Source: Candidatus Bathyarchaeota archaeon (lineage in GTDB: Archaea > Thermoproteota > Bathyarchaeia > Bathyarchaeales > DTEX01). From it: DNA of 61,843 nucleotides. Position numbers and translations under genes: made by a program. The notes beneath the pieces are model-generated. The model made no database searches and was not told the origin of the DNA. It saw only the letters and a program-made list of their open reading frames with translations. Positions 9,120-18,782 of this stretch are shown here, in pieces. Positions within the stretch are counted from its first letter, which is position 1. The number at the start of each line of letters is the position of its first letter. The stretch spans positions 1-61,843 of the forward strand of contig JAGTQF010000001.1 of assembly GCA_018396655.1 (NCBI GenBank), read 5' to 3'.

Positions 9120-9180
9120 GGGGACATTAAAGCTTCGAGAGGGCAAAAACTTATATTTAGCATTGGCGCTTTATGTTATC

Positions 9181-9398
9181 ACTAACATCAAGGTAGCTAA
9201 AGGTTGAGAGAAATCTCGCCTTTTCTACTTTGATGTTAGTTTCCGCGATACAGGACGAAATGTATAGATGCTGGCCGAAAGATGCGTGATTAAGACGTCG
9301 TTTACGCTAGGGGACACTTTTATATTGAGTCAAAGGTGTGCAGGTGGCACTCCTTATTCATTGATTCTTAGGAGCACTGCTCCTGGAATCGCGGAAAC
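9181..9398 (+). ncRNA. Candidate structured 5' leader or ncRNA upstream of ssb-TRAM
   Basis: 16-bp stem 9181-9196/9225-9240 with an apical GAAA tetraloop; second domain closed by GTTTCCGCGAT (9239-9249)/ATCGCGGAAAC (9388-9398); AAAAAC-TTATATTT promoter at about 9145-9158. Confidence 0.6.
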
Positions 9399-9434
9399 GT
9401 ATATAATAGAAAATGTTAGGAGGGAGAGGTTAGG

Positions 9435-9725
9435 ATGAAGATTAAGGAATTAAGGGATGGAATGCGCAAAGTTAGCCTGGTAGCGAAAGTCCTAGAGATA
9501 TCAGAGCCGCGTGAGGTTGTATCGAGGTTTAGTGGGGAGACTTTTAGGGTTGCTGACGCAATTATAGGCGATGAAACTGGCACTATAAAGCTCTCGTTGT
9601 GGAATGAGCAGATAGAGCGGGTTAACGTCAACGACACAATAAAAATTGAGAATGGCTATGTTAGGTCCTTTAGGGGAGAACGCCAATTAAATGTCGGCAG
9701 ATATGGAAAGCTAACCGTCCTGTAG
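9435..9725 (+). CDS. ssb: Single-stranded DNA-binding protein (single OB fold, crenarchaeal SSB/RPA-like)
   Basis: VADAIIGDETGTIKLSLWNEQ...IENGYVRSFRGERQLNVGRYG signature. Confidence 0.9.
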   Translation: MKIKELRDGMRKVSLVAKVLEISEPREVVSRFSGETFRVADAIIGDETGTIKLSLWNEQIERVNVNDTIKIENGYVRSFRGERQLNVGRYGKLTVL

Positions 9726-9762
9726 AACGCGGAAAAAATAAACCGTGCGTGAGGTGAGAAAA

Positions 9763-10029
9763 ATGCAGAATGAAAGAAGAGGAGAGAGGGGAGGGGGAAG
9801 AAGATTCGATAGAGGACGCGGAAGAGTATTCCCGCCCAAACCGGTTGAGCTAGGAAAAGAATATGACGTTGAGGTTAGGGAAGTCAGCCGGAGAGGAGAT
9901 GGCGTAGCAAGAATACAAGGTCTAGTAACATTTATACCAAACGCTAAACCAGGAGACCACGTAAGAGTTAAGATAACTAGGATAAGCAGAAGATTCGCAG
10001 AAGCTGAAATAGTCAGTCCATCCAAATAA
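9763..10029 (+). CDS. Stand-alone TRAM-domain RNA-binding protein with an RG-rich N-terminal tail
   Basis: PVELGKEYDVEV...RGDGVARIQGLVTFIP...GDHVRVKI; ATG at 9763 follows GAGGTGA (ORF track start 9745). Confidence 0.9.
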   Translation: MQNERRGERGGGRRFDRGRGRVFPPKPVELGKEYDVEVREVSRRGDGVARIQGLVTFIPNAKPGDHVRVKITRISRRFAEAEIVSPSK

Positions 10030-10229
10030 GTAAGCCAAAGCCTAAATCATAAATCCTGCTATTAACCCTCCCATATTTTTAGGTTTAATGATGCTCAATT
10101 TCTGCCATAATATGAAAAAACTACAAATATCTTTCCACAACTTCAGATGCTATCAATCCAAGCGTTTATGGGAATGGGCGCGAATAGCATCTGAAAATGT
10201 GTTAGAGGTGATGAATAATAGAAGCATTG

Positions 10230-10883
10230 TTACTCAATATCCATTAACGTCAATTTTTTGGCGCCCTTCTCAAGCATCTCTTTTATGGCTTTCTCCACAT
10301 CTCCGGGGTGCGCATCTATTCCTTTCACGGCATCTTCTAGGAGGAAGACTTCAAAGCCATATTTTAACGCGTCTAAAACCGTGCTTTTAACACAATATTC
10401 CGTTGCAAGTCCCCCAATAAAAACCCTCTTTACACCAGCCCCTCTCAACCTCTCATTCAAGTCTGTCCCCTCAAAACCAGAATAGGCCTCTTTTTCTGGG
10501 TCTGTAGCCTTAGATATAATTAATGTTCTATCCGGAAGCCTTAGCTCCGGATGAAACTCCGCGCCCTTGGTTCCCTGAACACAATGCAGCGGCCAGGGAC
10601 CACCATAATCTCTAAAGGATATATGATTTGGTGGGTGCCAATCCCTCGTGGCAACAATTAGGGCGCCGGCTGCATCAAATCTCCTTATATATTCGTTTAG
10701 GGCTGGAATTATCTTATCGCCTTCAGGAACTGGCAGGGCTCCGCCGGGGCAGAAGTCAACTTGGACGTCAACTATTATTAAAGCGTCCTCTTTCCCATTA
10801 ACCTTATACTTCAAGGAGCCATCACCAACTAGAATGTCGTAACATTCAAATTTTACCTTTTTCCCAAAACTCAATTCCGCCAT
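10230..10883 (-). CDS. pncA: Nicotinamidase/pyrazinamidase (true start may be further downstream)
   Basis: VDVQVDFCPGGAL, DWHP..H.SF, WP.HCVQ, SKA...EAYSGF, GLATEYCV. Confidence 0.92.
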   Translation of the reverse strand: MAELSFGKKVKFECYDILVGDGSLKYKVNGKEDALIIVDVQVDFCPGGALPVPEGDKIIPALNEYIRRFDAAGALIVATRDWHPPNHISFRDYGGPWPLHCVQGTKGAEFHPELRLPDRTLIISKATDPEKEAYSGFEGTDLNERLRGAGVKRVFIGGLATEYCVKSTVLDALKYGFEVFLLEDAVKGIDAHPGDVEKAIKEMLEKGAKKLTLMDIE

Positions 10884-11286
10884 CCACTACTCTAAAAATG
10901 GGATTAGCCTCAATATCATTAGCTGACAGCTCCTTCAGATACTCGAATTTCTTCCTATCTCTTTTCTCAAGTTTTCTTAATAGATGCATAAACTCGAATC
11001 CCAGCTGCCCCCTAGTAACTGCTATCTCCCCAATCAGAATTATGGGTTCTATTTTTGATAGATTAAACCTGTAATTTCGACTTTTCGCCTCAAGATAAAC
11101 TTGGTACAAGTATGCGTTTATTAGAGCAGCTGGTTTTTCATGCATCCTAAATCTTATAAGTTGAGGGTGATTTATATAACCCCTAGCATAACCCTCCAAA
11201 ACCTTTTTTGCCAGAAGACCCTCCCTCCAAAGAGCAACCAAGCCCCTAGCGTCCAGGTATTTGGGGTGAATCGACCATAACCTCAT
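10846..11286 (-). CDS. Pyrimidine-dimer DNA glycosylase/T4 endonuclease V-like protein
   Basis: MRLWSIHPKYLD..GLVALWREGLLA..VL.G...GY.NHPQL.RF signature. Confidence 0.85.
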   Translation of the reverse strand: MRLWSIHPKYLDARGLVALWREGLLAKKVLEGYARGYINHPQLIRFRMHEKPAALINAYLYQVYLEAKSRNYRFNLSKIEPIILIGEIAVTRGQLGFEFMHLLRKLEKRDRKKFEYLKELSANDIEANPIFRVVDGGIEFWEKGKI

Positions 11287-11339
11287 CTAAGACAAGCCTC
11301 AGAGCAAAGAGATTACATTGCTACGGTCTATTCTCCTTT

Positions 11340-13457
11340 TCAATATGGGCATACGCCCGTTGGGCATTCTCCCGCAAATTCCGCCGATGCCTGAATATAT
11401 GGCGGCGGTGTCGTAGTTGTGCTTAGACTCGGCGTCTGAACCCCTCCAACAACCAAGACCTGCTCGGCTTTGCTCCCATAGCGGTATACGGTTATGCCCT
11501 TACATTTAAGCTTCCATGCCATCATGAAGATTCTCCGGACATCATCAATTGTTGCCTCATGTGGTAAATTGACGGTTTTGGAGACCGCGTTATCCGTGTA
11601 TTTCTGGAAGGCTGCCTGCATACGAACATGCCACTCAGGAGCTATCTCAAGAGCCGTTACAAATATTCTCTTAACGTCAGGTGGAACCTCACTTAATCCC
11701 TGAACCGAACCTGTCCTAGCGATTTTAGAAATCAGCTCAGTGCTGTAGAATCCTCTCTCTTTGGCTATTTGCTCAAAAACCGAATTGACCTCAAAGAGCT
11801 GAGTCCCCATAACATTTCTGACAAACGCTACAGCGAAAAGTGGCTCTATCCCACTCGATGTCCCAGCGATTATACTTATTGTCCCAGTTGGAGCTATGGA
11901 CGTTACGGTTGCGTTCCGCATAGCCTTATAGCCCATCTTATCCCATATGCTGCCTGGGAAGTTCGGGAATGACCCCCTCTCCTCACCTAACTCAACGGAT
12001 TTCTTCCTAGCCTCCTCAGATATGAATGACATAACTTTCTCGGCTGTTGCTATGGCCTCATTTGAATCGTAAGGTATGCCGAGCTTTATGAGCATCTCAG
12101 CGAAGCCCATTACACCTAAGCCTATCTTCCTATTTGCTTTAGTCGCCTTCTCGATTTGCGGTATAGGATACTTGTTGGCGTCTATAACATTATCTAGGAA
12201 GTGAACCGCTATTCTAATTGTTCGTCTAAGTTTATCCCAGTCGATTTCACCATCCCTAACTATCCTGGAGAGATTAATGGAGCCGAGGTTGCAGCTCTCA
12301 TAGGGCAAAAGGGGAACCTCACCACATGGGTTTGTGCTCTCAATAACACCAACATGCGGCGTTGGATTCCTCCTATTAATCTCATCAAGAAATACTAGGC
12401 CTGGGTCGCCAGTCTTCCAAGCCGCAGTCGCTATTAGGTCGAAAACGGCCCTAGCCTTAAGACGCTTAACGACAGCGCCATTTCTGGGGTTAACTAGGCT
12501 ATAGTATTCGTCATTCTCGACAGCCTCCATGAACTCGTCTGTTGCCCCCACAGATATATTGAAGTTTGTTAGGACACCTTCCTTCTCCTTAGCGGTGATA
12601 AACTCAATTATATCTGGATGGTCAACACGGAGAATCCCCATATTTGCGCCCCTACGCCTACCACCCTGCTTAATCACTTCAGTGGCGACATCGAATATCC
12701 TCATAAAGGAGACTGGGCCGCTGGCAACACCCATTGTGGACTTAACGACATCACCACGTGGTCTAAGTCTTGAGAAGGAAAAGCCTGTACCACCACCAGA
12801 CTTATGTATGAGCGCCATATACTTCAGCGCATCAAAAATCTCCTCAATGGAATCTCCAACTGGAAGCACAAAACATGCGGAGAGCTGCCCAATATCGGTT
12901 CCAGCGTTCATTAGTGTCGGCGAATTGGGAAGGAATTCTAGATTAGCCATAACTCTATAGAATTCTTCCTCAACAGCCTCTACGTTAGCGCTTTTATCGT
13001 AAAGGGCATCAACCTTGGCTATGGCTTTAGCTACCCTCCGAAACATTTGTGATGGTGTCTCAATAACCCTTCCGCTCTCATCTTTGAGGAGATATCTCCT
13101 CTCCAAAACGCTTATTGCATTAAGTGATAATTTTAGGTCGTCTGTTACTCCCAGAAGCCTTTTCTGCTCCCTTAATTCAGCCCGCTTCTGCCTATAAAGT
13201 ATATACGCTTTTGCGACGGCGTCATAACCATTCTTAATTAAAACCCGCTCAACAATATTCTGGACATCCTCGACGCTTGGAATCCTACCCTTAAACTCCT
13301 CCTCAACTATGGCAACTACTTGCGCTGAGAGCCTAGCGGCTAACTCACCGTCTTCACCCTTAACGGCCACAATAGCCTTGTGAATTGCATTGGTAATTTT
13401 TGTTGGGTCAAACTCAACTATTCTGCCATCCCTCTTTCGAATGAGAGAAACCGGCAT
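11340..13457 (-). CDS. nrdJ: Class II (adenosylcobalamin-dependent) ribonucleotide reductase with an N-terminal ATP cone
   Basis: [13 protein letters not shown] cone; [42 protein letters not shown]; C-terminal Cys pair CPTGVC; no intein. Confidence 0.95.
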   Translation of the reverse strand: MPVSLIRKRDGRIVEFDPTKITNAIHKAIVAVKGEDGELAARLSAQVVAIVEEEFKGRIPSVEDVQNIVERVLIKNGYDAVAKAYILYRQKRAELREQKRLLGVTDDLKLSLNAISVLERRYLLKDESGRVIETPSQMFRRVAKAIAKVDALYDKSANVEAVEEEFYRVMANLEFLPNSPTLMNAGTDIGQLSACFVLPVGDSIEEIFDALKYMALIHKSGGGTGFSFSRLRPRGDVVKSTMGVASGPVSFMRIFDVATEVIKQGGRRRGANMGILRVDHPDIIEFITAKEKEGVLTNFNISVGATDEFMEAVENDEYYSLVNPRNGAVVKRLKARAVFDLIATAAWKTGDPGLVFLDEINRRNPTPHVGVIESTNPCGEVPLLPYESCNLGSINLSRIVRDGEIDWDKLRRTIRIAVHFLDNVIDANKYPIPQIEKATKANRKIGLGVMGFAEMLIKLGIPYDSNEAIATAEKVMSFISEEARKKSVELGEERGSFPNFPGSIWDKMGYKAMRNATVTSIAPTGTISIIAGTSSGIEPLFAVAFVRNVMGTQLFEVNSVFEQIAKERGFYSTELISKIARTGSVQGLSEVPPDVKRIFVTALEIAPEWHVRMQAAFQKYTDNAVSKTVNLPHEATIDDVRRIFMMAWKLKCKGITVYRYGSKAEQVLVVGGVQTPSLSTTTTPPPYIQASAEFAGECPTGVCPY

Positions 13458-13606
13458 TCAAATACCCCAAGAGTAAAATGTAAAAGGCAACTTTAATACG
13501 TTGCGGACTCCTTTCATTCCAGAAAAGTTTATAAATAATATTCTCCAATCCAATTTTAAGGATTAAGTATGGGGATTGATGGGTCTTTTTGCTGTTTAGA
13601 TAGGAC

Positions 13607-13903
13607 GTGTTAAAATTGTCCACCGTGAAAAAATGTTTTTCAAAATGCAATAGATTCAAGTGTGGAAGGAATTACCTAGCATTCCGCGGAGGAACACCAT
13701 GGTGTAGATGGACGGATGAGCCATGCAATCCGGCAAATTGTAATTATGCGGTTTGCATTAACAGACGGCTTCTTCCCGGAGGAGTATGCGGAGAAACCAT
13801 AAGAAGGAGAACCGTTGAAAGCAGTCCAGAAGAGGAAATAATGCCCTCGGTGAAGGTTAGAGGAAAAATCTTTAGAAAAATAGGCGAGAAGGAGATTTTC
13901 TAA
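13607..13903 (+). CDS. Small Cys-rich, putative metal-binding protein
   Basis: Eight Cys in CFSKC..FKC...WCRW...C...C..A.C...LL..G.C; divergent from nrdJ. Confidence 0.7.
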   Translation: MLKLSTVKKCFSKCNRFKCGRNYLAFRGGTPWCRWTDEPCNPANCNYAVCINRRLLPGGVCGETIRRRTVESSPEEEIMPSVKVRGKIFRKIGEKEIF

Positions 13904-13941
13904 AGAGCCCTAACACTACTCTGCGTAAACCCTTTCCACCC

Positions 13942-14802
13942 CTATTTTTCCGGTTTATTTACTAAGTAAACTCCAGACAATACTAGGATAATGCTTAAAA
14001 TAGAGTTATATCCGATTGATTCGCCTAAAAATAGCCAACCAAAAAGGACCGCTACAACCGGAACAATAAAGCTTGACGTCGAAATAACAGTTACCTCCTC
14101 ATCTCTAAGTAGAAGAAGCCATATTGTTGAGACCACAGCGGAGCCGAGTAAAGATATATAGAGGATTGAAAAGAGATAAAGCACATTCCAGCTAAAGGTT
14201 AATCCATCCATTATGGATGCAAGAGGTACAAGAAAAGCCGAGCCTACCTGAAACTGGATGACATTTACGATTGCTGGCTCCACGTGGCTCAGAAACCTCT
14301 TATAATAAATTACTGTAACAGCCCAAAGAAATGCTCCAAGAATAAGGAAGGGAAATGATTCTGAAAATGCTGCTTGAAGAAGAAATTTACCAATATACAG
14401 CGTAGCCACGCCCATAAAACCAATCATTACACCTAAAACCTTAACTCCATTAATCTCCTCGTTAAGGAATAGCGTTGCTAGGCAGAAGACGAATAGCGGT
14501 TGAGTATATGTTAATAGCGAACTTAAGCCCGAAGATTCATATAGCAAGCCTATATTCGTTGAAGCCATGCCTATAGCATTTATTAGACTAAGTATAACGA
14601 GCCTAAGCCACGTATGGCTATCTCTCGGAAGATTTTTCCTCTTCCATACTAAGATAGGTAATAGTGCTCCTGAAGCCAGCAGAAGCCTCTGTGCAACGAG
14701 GTTTAACGGACCAACAAACTTTAGTCCAACCTTCATAACGGTCCAGTTTGAACTCCATATGAGGACCATTAGGGTGAAGAGAGCGCAGCTTCGCTTTCTC
14801 AA
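13942..14802 (-). CDS. EamA/DMT family transporter
   Basis: Two EamA repeats (IWSSNW..MK.GL; P..AVLFGWLFLGE), about 10 TM helices. Confidence 0.9.
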   Translation of the reverse strand: MRKRSCALFTLMVLIWSSNWTVMKVGLKFVGPLNLVAQRLLLASGALLPILVWKRKNLPRDSHTWLRLVILSLINAIGMASTNIGLLYESSGLSSLLTYTQPLFVFCLATLFLNEEINGVKVLGVMIGFMGVATLYIGKFLLQAAFSESFPFLILGAFLWAVTVIYYKRFLSHVEPAIVNVIQFQVGSAFLVPLASIMDGLTFSWNVLYLFSILYISLLGSAVVSTIWLLLLRDEEVTVISTSSFIVPVVAVLFGWLFLGESIGYNSILSIILVLSGVYLVNKPEK

Positions 14803-14928
14803 TAGTCCAGCCTCCAGATAGAGGAAAGACTAAAAATTATCCAAATAATATGGTTTTCTCAAGAATAAACCTTAAAATATTTAAACCCTAATTAGAGTAA
14901 CTCTTATTCACAAGAGTGGTGGGATGGG

Positions 14929-15120
14929 ATGCCCAGCCAATTTCCCGCCCATGAAGCACCAGCATAAAGAAGACGCTAATATATCGACTCATAGTTGACC
15001 CATTCACCCTACTTGTAACATACGCTTTTACTGGTGAAATTTCAGGCTCCATTATTGCTGTTGTGCTAATAGAGGTTTTTCTCGACAGCATTCCATTACA
15101 TACTTGATAGACTGATGTAA
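14929..15120 (+). pseudogene. Frameshifted DUF2061-like small membrane protein
   Basis: One frame reads SIKKTLIYRLIVDPFTLLVTYAFTGEISGSIIAVVLIEV, then continues FSTAFHYILDRLM* only after a shift in a T5 run at about 15076-15080. The upstream start is also out of frame. Confidence 0.55.
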
Positions 15121-15199
15121 AAAAGGCTCCTCTAAAACTCCATAAAACTATTTTTTATTTTTAGGTGTCACTTAAATTATTAATGTTAGGTATTGTGGG

Positions 15200-16030
15200 G
15201 TGGCTAAAATAAAGCTTGGTCTAATAGTTCCCTTAAAGGAGAAGCCGGATGAGGAACTTAAGAAGGTATATATGCTGGGCTTCCCAACGTGCCAGGTTTC
15301 ATGCTGGGATGTGAATCTTTACACTAGCGATGTCGCCCGCCTACTAAAAAGGGCTGCCAACAATTATGGGGTTGAGATTACAGCCATATGGGCTGGATTA
15401 CCCGGCAAACACATTTGGAACCTTATAGATGGTCCCAACACCATCGGGCTAGTGCCTCCAGAAACGAGGGAAATACGCCTAAAAGCTCTTAAAAAAGCCT
15501 CCAACTTTACAAAAGAAGCTGGTGTAGAAAATATCATCACACATGTTGGATTTATACCTGAGAACCCTAAAGATCCAATTTATATTTCCCTAATAGATGT
15601 GCTTAAGGAGATTGCTGAGTTCTGCGCAAGTAATGGGCAATTCTTCCTCTTTGAGACGGGGCAGGAGACCCCAATAACGCTCCTTAGAACGATAGAGGAT
15701 ATTGGCATGGAGAACCTTGGAGTTAACTTTGATCCAGCGAACCTTTTGATGTATGGTAAGGCTAATCCGGTAGATGCGTTGGATATACTTGGTAGGTATG
15801 TTAGGGGGGTTCATGCCAAGGATGGTGAATATCCAACTAATGGTCGCGAGCTGGGTAGGGAAAAGCCTCTTGGGGAAGGCAGAGTGAATTTTCCAGCGTT
15901 GATATCGAAGCTTAAGGCTTTAGGTTATAGTGGTGCGATAACCATAGAGCGGGAGATAAGTGGACCCCAACAGATAAGGGATATAATAAGGGCTAAAGAA
16001 CTCTTGGAGAAGCTGATTCAACAGATATAG
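15200..16030 (+). CDS. Sugar phosphate isomerase/epimerase (xylose isomerase-like TIM barrel)
   Basis: THVGFIP, FETGQE, NFDPANL, VHAKD, G.G.V.F, TIERE. Confidence 0.88.
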   Translation: MAKIKLGLIVPLKEKPDEELKKVYMLGFPTCQVSCWDVNLYTSDVARLLKRAANNYGVEITAIWAGLPGKHIWNLIDGPNTIGLVPPETREIRLKALKKASNFTKEAGVENIITHVGFIPENPKDPIYISLIDVLKEIAEFCASNGQFFLFETGQETPITLLRTIEDIGMENLGVNFDPANLLMYGKANPVDALDILGRYVRGVHAKDGEYPTNGRELGREKPLGEGRVNFPALISKLKALGYSGAITIEREISGPQQIRDIIRAKELLEKLIQQI

Positions 16031-16040
16031 GAGAAGCGCG

Positions 16041-17021
16041 CTAAGATATTCTCGGTGTTGTCAAATCTGAAATGTCAATACTATAATCATATATTCGATT
16101 TAGCAATGAAACTATTGCGGTCAAATCTCGAACTCTCTCAAAGGTTAAGGTGCTGGCTGACAATTCAACTTTTCGGCTTAACTCCTCAATTGTAGGTTTC
16201 CTCTCCCTCAACGACTCAGCAAGGGGAATGTTCCGAGACAGGAATGCTGTAACAGAATCCTCATAGGTTTTATGCACATTTTTATAAAGCTCATGTATTG
16301 CCTCTAAAGACTCTTCGGTCAGCTCTGAACTCTTAAATTTCGTGGCATATTCAGCAATCTGTGAAGATTGGTCTGCAACAGCCTCGATCAGACTTGCCGT
16401 TAACCTATAGTCTAGGCAGTCTATCGGATGTATATTCAATTTCTCGCCTAGGCTTGGATTCTGAATTATTGTTCTTAGGATTCTGACTAATAGAAAATAG
16501 AGCCTATCAACTTCATTATCTCTGGCAATGACATTTCTAGCCAGCTGGTAGTCCGCCTCTAATAGCGCCCTCACGCCATCTCTACACATACCAGAGGCAA
16601 TTAAATGCTCTCGACGAAGAACTTTCTCTGGTGATAAAGCTGAAGGCTCAAGCAAACACTGCATAACTATCTTGTTATAATCCTCCTCTATAATTTCTAG
16701 GCCTATGAGACGCGCTGATGTCTGCTTAATGATGTCTCTCTCTTCAGGGGTTATGCGCTCCCTCGCCTCAACGGTTATCACATCGTAACCTAAGAGGTAT
16801 TTACCTATAATTTCACGGCTTAAATATGGTCCGGGTTTTATAGATATTGTTCTTGGAGTGGGCTCAACATTATACTTTGGGTCTATTATGAGTTTCCCAT
16901 CAGGTGCTATTAGGCTTGCTACGATTGAACCACGAACTATACCATGGCTTAAGGCCCACTCCTTAGGTAATGTAACGAAGAATGTTCCGCTTTTCGTCAT
17001 TTGTATCTTTCGGAGCTCCAT
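16041..17021 (-). CDS. phoU: Phosphate uptake regulator (AbrB-like N-terminus + PhoU repeats)
   Basis: RKIQMT..GT..VTLPKEWA; YLLGYD.I; D.EVDRLYFL..R; E.VAD. Confidence 0.88.
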   Translation of the reverse strand: MELRKIQMTKSGTFFVTLPKEWALSHGIVRGSIVASLIAPDGKLIIDPKYNVEPTPRTISIKPGPYLSREIIGKYLLGYDVITVEARERITPEERDIIKQTSARLIGLEIIEEDYNKIVMQCLLEPSALSPEKVLRREHLIASGMCRDGVRALLEADYQLARNVIARDNEVDRLYFLLVRILRTIIQNPSLGEKLNIHPIDCLDYRLTASLIEAVADQSSQIAEYATKFKSSELTEESLEAIHELYKNVHKTYEDSVTAFLSRNIPLAESLRERKPTIEELSRKVELSASTLTFERVRDLTAIVSLLNRIYDYSIDISDLTTPRIS

Positions 17022-17245
17022 GATTTTTCCTCGGCATATTATATCACACTAATTTTTTGGTTATGGAGATATAAAAAGTATAATTAATCTTGAGTTGATA
17101 CTCAAGAATATATATCAATCATAAATATCGAGAAGAATTTGCTCCGCCAATATATCTAGACATGATATGAACCTTATTTTAGCCCTAAATAATCTTAGAT
17201 AGATTGAGGAGGCTCTTTAAGTTTAAATTATAGGGAATAGCGGGA

Positions 17246-18775
17246 ATGTTAGAGCACGAAAGAAACGCTAGTGTTCGGAGAGCCATATCCCTAATAATTC
17301 AGGCCGGATATCAGGTTGATAGTGGAGCATTTGAGTTTCTAAAGGAAATCTCAGAAAAAATGGACATAATCTCCCTAGTTAAAAAGGCGATAGATGATGT
17401 AAATGCTCTCCCAGAGAAACCTCTACTAATAACTCGTGAGATTCTTGAGAGAAAGGCCGAAACATCCGAGAAAAAATCAGCTATCACCTACCCCGTTAGT
17501 GGAAAGACAAGCTTTGAGCCGTATGCAAAGAATATTGATCCAGATCTAAAGGTGATAAGTGACTCAACAAGTAAGATAAGCGCAACAGGCTCCCTTGAAG
17601 ACTGCATAGAATATTTTAGAAGCCGCTTCATGAAGATAAGTCGGATAATAAGAAATAGAATAGATGCTAAGGACGCTGGTAGCTTAGCTGACGCACTGAA
17701 GGCTCCAGAAAGCTCTAAAGTGAAGGTTATCTGCATGATAACTGAGAAGCGCGAAACTAAGCGTGGGATATTTTTTAAGGTTGAAGATTTAGAGGACCAG
17801 GCAATAGCTTTTGCGCCGGCTGAGAATCCAAATGTGTATTCTAAGGCTCAAAAAACACTTCTTGATGAAGTTGTCTGTTTAAGTGTTTTGCGTGGGAAAA
17901 GAAACTTTCTTATCATAGATGACATAATATTGCCAGATGTCCCATTAAGGAAGCCGAACAAATCTTCTGTACCTATCTGTGCAGCCCTCTTATCGGATCT
18001 CCATGTTGGAAGTAAGATGTTCATGGAGAAGGAATTTAGGTATTTCATAAGGTGGTTGAGGGGAGAGGTTGGTAGGGACAATCTTAGGGAGATGGCGAGT
18101 CGAATCAAATACCTGGTGATAGCTGGGGATATTGTTGATGGTGTGGGAATATATCCTCAGCAGCTTGAGGAGCTGGAGATAACGGACCTTTATGAGCAGT
18201 ATAAACGCGCTGCGGAGATAATTGAGATGATTCCAGATTATATTGAGATTGTTATTATACCAGGTAATCACGACGCAACTAGAAGGGCTTTACCCCAACC
18301 AGCAATATTAAGGGAATATGCTGAACCACTATACGAACTTGGGAATATACATCTCTTAGGAGACCCCTCAGTCATAAGTCTCCATGGTGTGCATCTTCTT
18401 CTCTCTCATGGAAGAAGCCTAGACGATGTTATCTCCTCAGCTCCAAATATGAGCTTCCAAGCGCCTGATGAAGCCATGAAACTTCTACTCCAATGTAGAC
18501 ATTTAGCTCCCATATATGGTATGAGAACATTAATAGCTTCGGAGAGAACCGACCATTTAGTTATAGAGCACATACCAGACATTTTTCATGCGGGGCACGT
18601 GCACATGATGAAATACAGCGTCTATCGTGGCATACTCGTAGTGAATTCAGGCGCATGGCAGAAGCAGACAGAATATCAGAGGGAGATGGGACATATACCA
18701 AACCCGGGCATAATCCCAATAGTGGATTTACAAACTTTAAGCGTCTTCCCAATAGATTTCACTTCGACAATATAG
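17246..18775 (+). CDS. polD1: DNA polymerase D small subunit DP1 (proofreading exonuclease)
   Basis: SDLHVGS, GDIVDGVGIYP.Q, PGNHD, HG.SLDD, RHLAP.YG, GHVH, NSG.WQ.QT. Confidence 0.95.
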   Translation: MLEHERNASVRRAISLIIQAGYQVDSGAFEFLKEISEKMDIISLVKKAIDDVNALPEKPLLITREILERKAETSEKKSAITYPVSGKTSFEPYAKNIDPDLKVISDSTSKISATGSLEDCIEYFRSRFMKISRIIRNRIDAKDAGSLADALKAPESSKVKVICMITEKRETKRGIFFKVEDLEDQAIAFAPAENPNVYSKAQKTLLDEVVCLSVLRGKRNFLIIDDIILPDVPLRKPNKSSVPICAALLSDLHVGSKMFMEKEFRYFIRWLRGEVGRDNLREMASRIKYLVIAGDIVDGVGIYPQQLEELEITDLYEQYKRAAEIIEMIPDYIEIVIIPGNHDATRRALPQPAILREYAEPLYELGNIHLLGDPSVISLHGVHLLLSHGRSLDDVISSAPNMSFQAPDEAMKLLLQCRHLAPIYGMRTLIASERTDHLVIEHIPDIFHAGHVHMMKYSVYRGILVVNSGAWQKQTEYQREMGHIPNPGIIPIVDLQTLSVFPIDFTSTI

Positions 18776-18782
18776 AGGAGGG

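Noticed and set aside
9181-9398. Structured region considered as RNase P RNA, SRP RNA or a hammerhead ribozyme
   Set aside because: Lacks the GAGGAAAGUCC-type P4 signature, the SRP helix-8 motif and the CUGANGA core.
10088-10390. 100-aa plus-strand ORF, and the many short ORFs antisense to long genes (e.g. 12529-12960, 23053-23595, 36874-37389, 42700-43176, 53228-53830)
   Set aside because: Shadow ORFs opposite well-supported genes, with no recognisable motifs.
13458-13606. Cobalamin riboswitch upstream of the B12-dependent nrdJ
   Set aside because: The region is short and AT-rich with no B12-box-like sequence.
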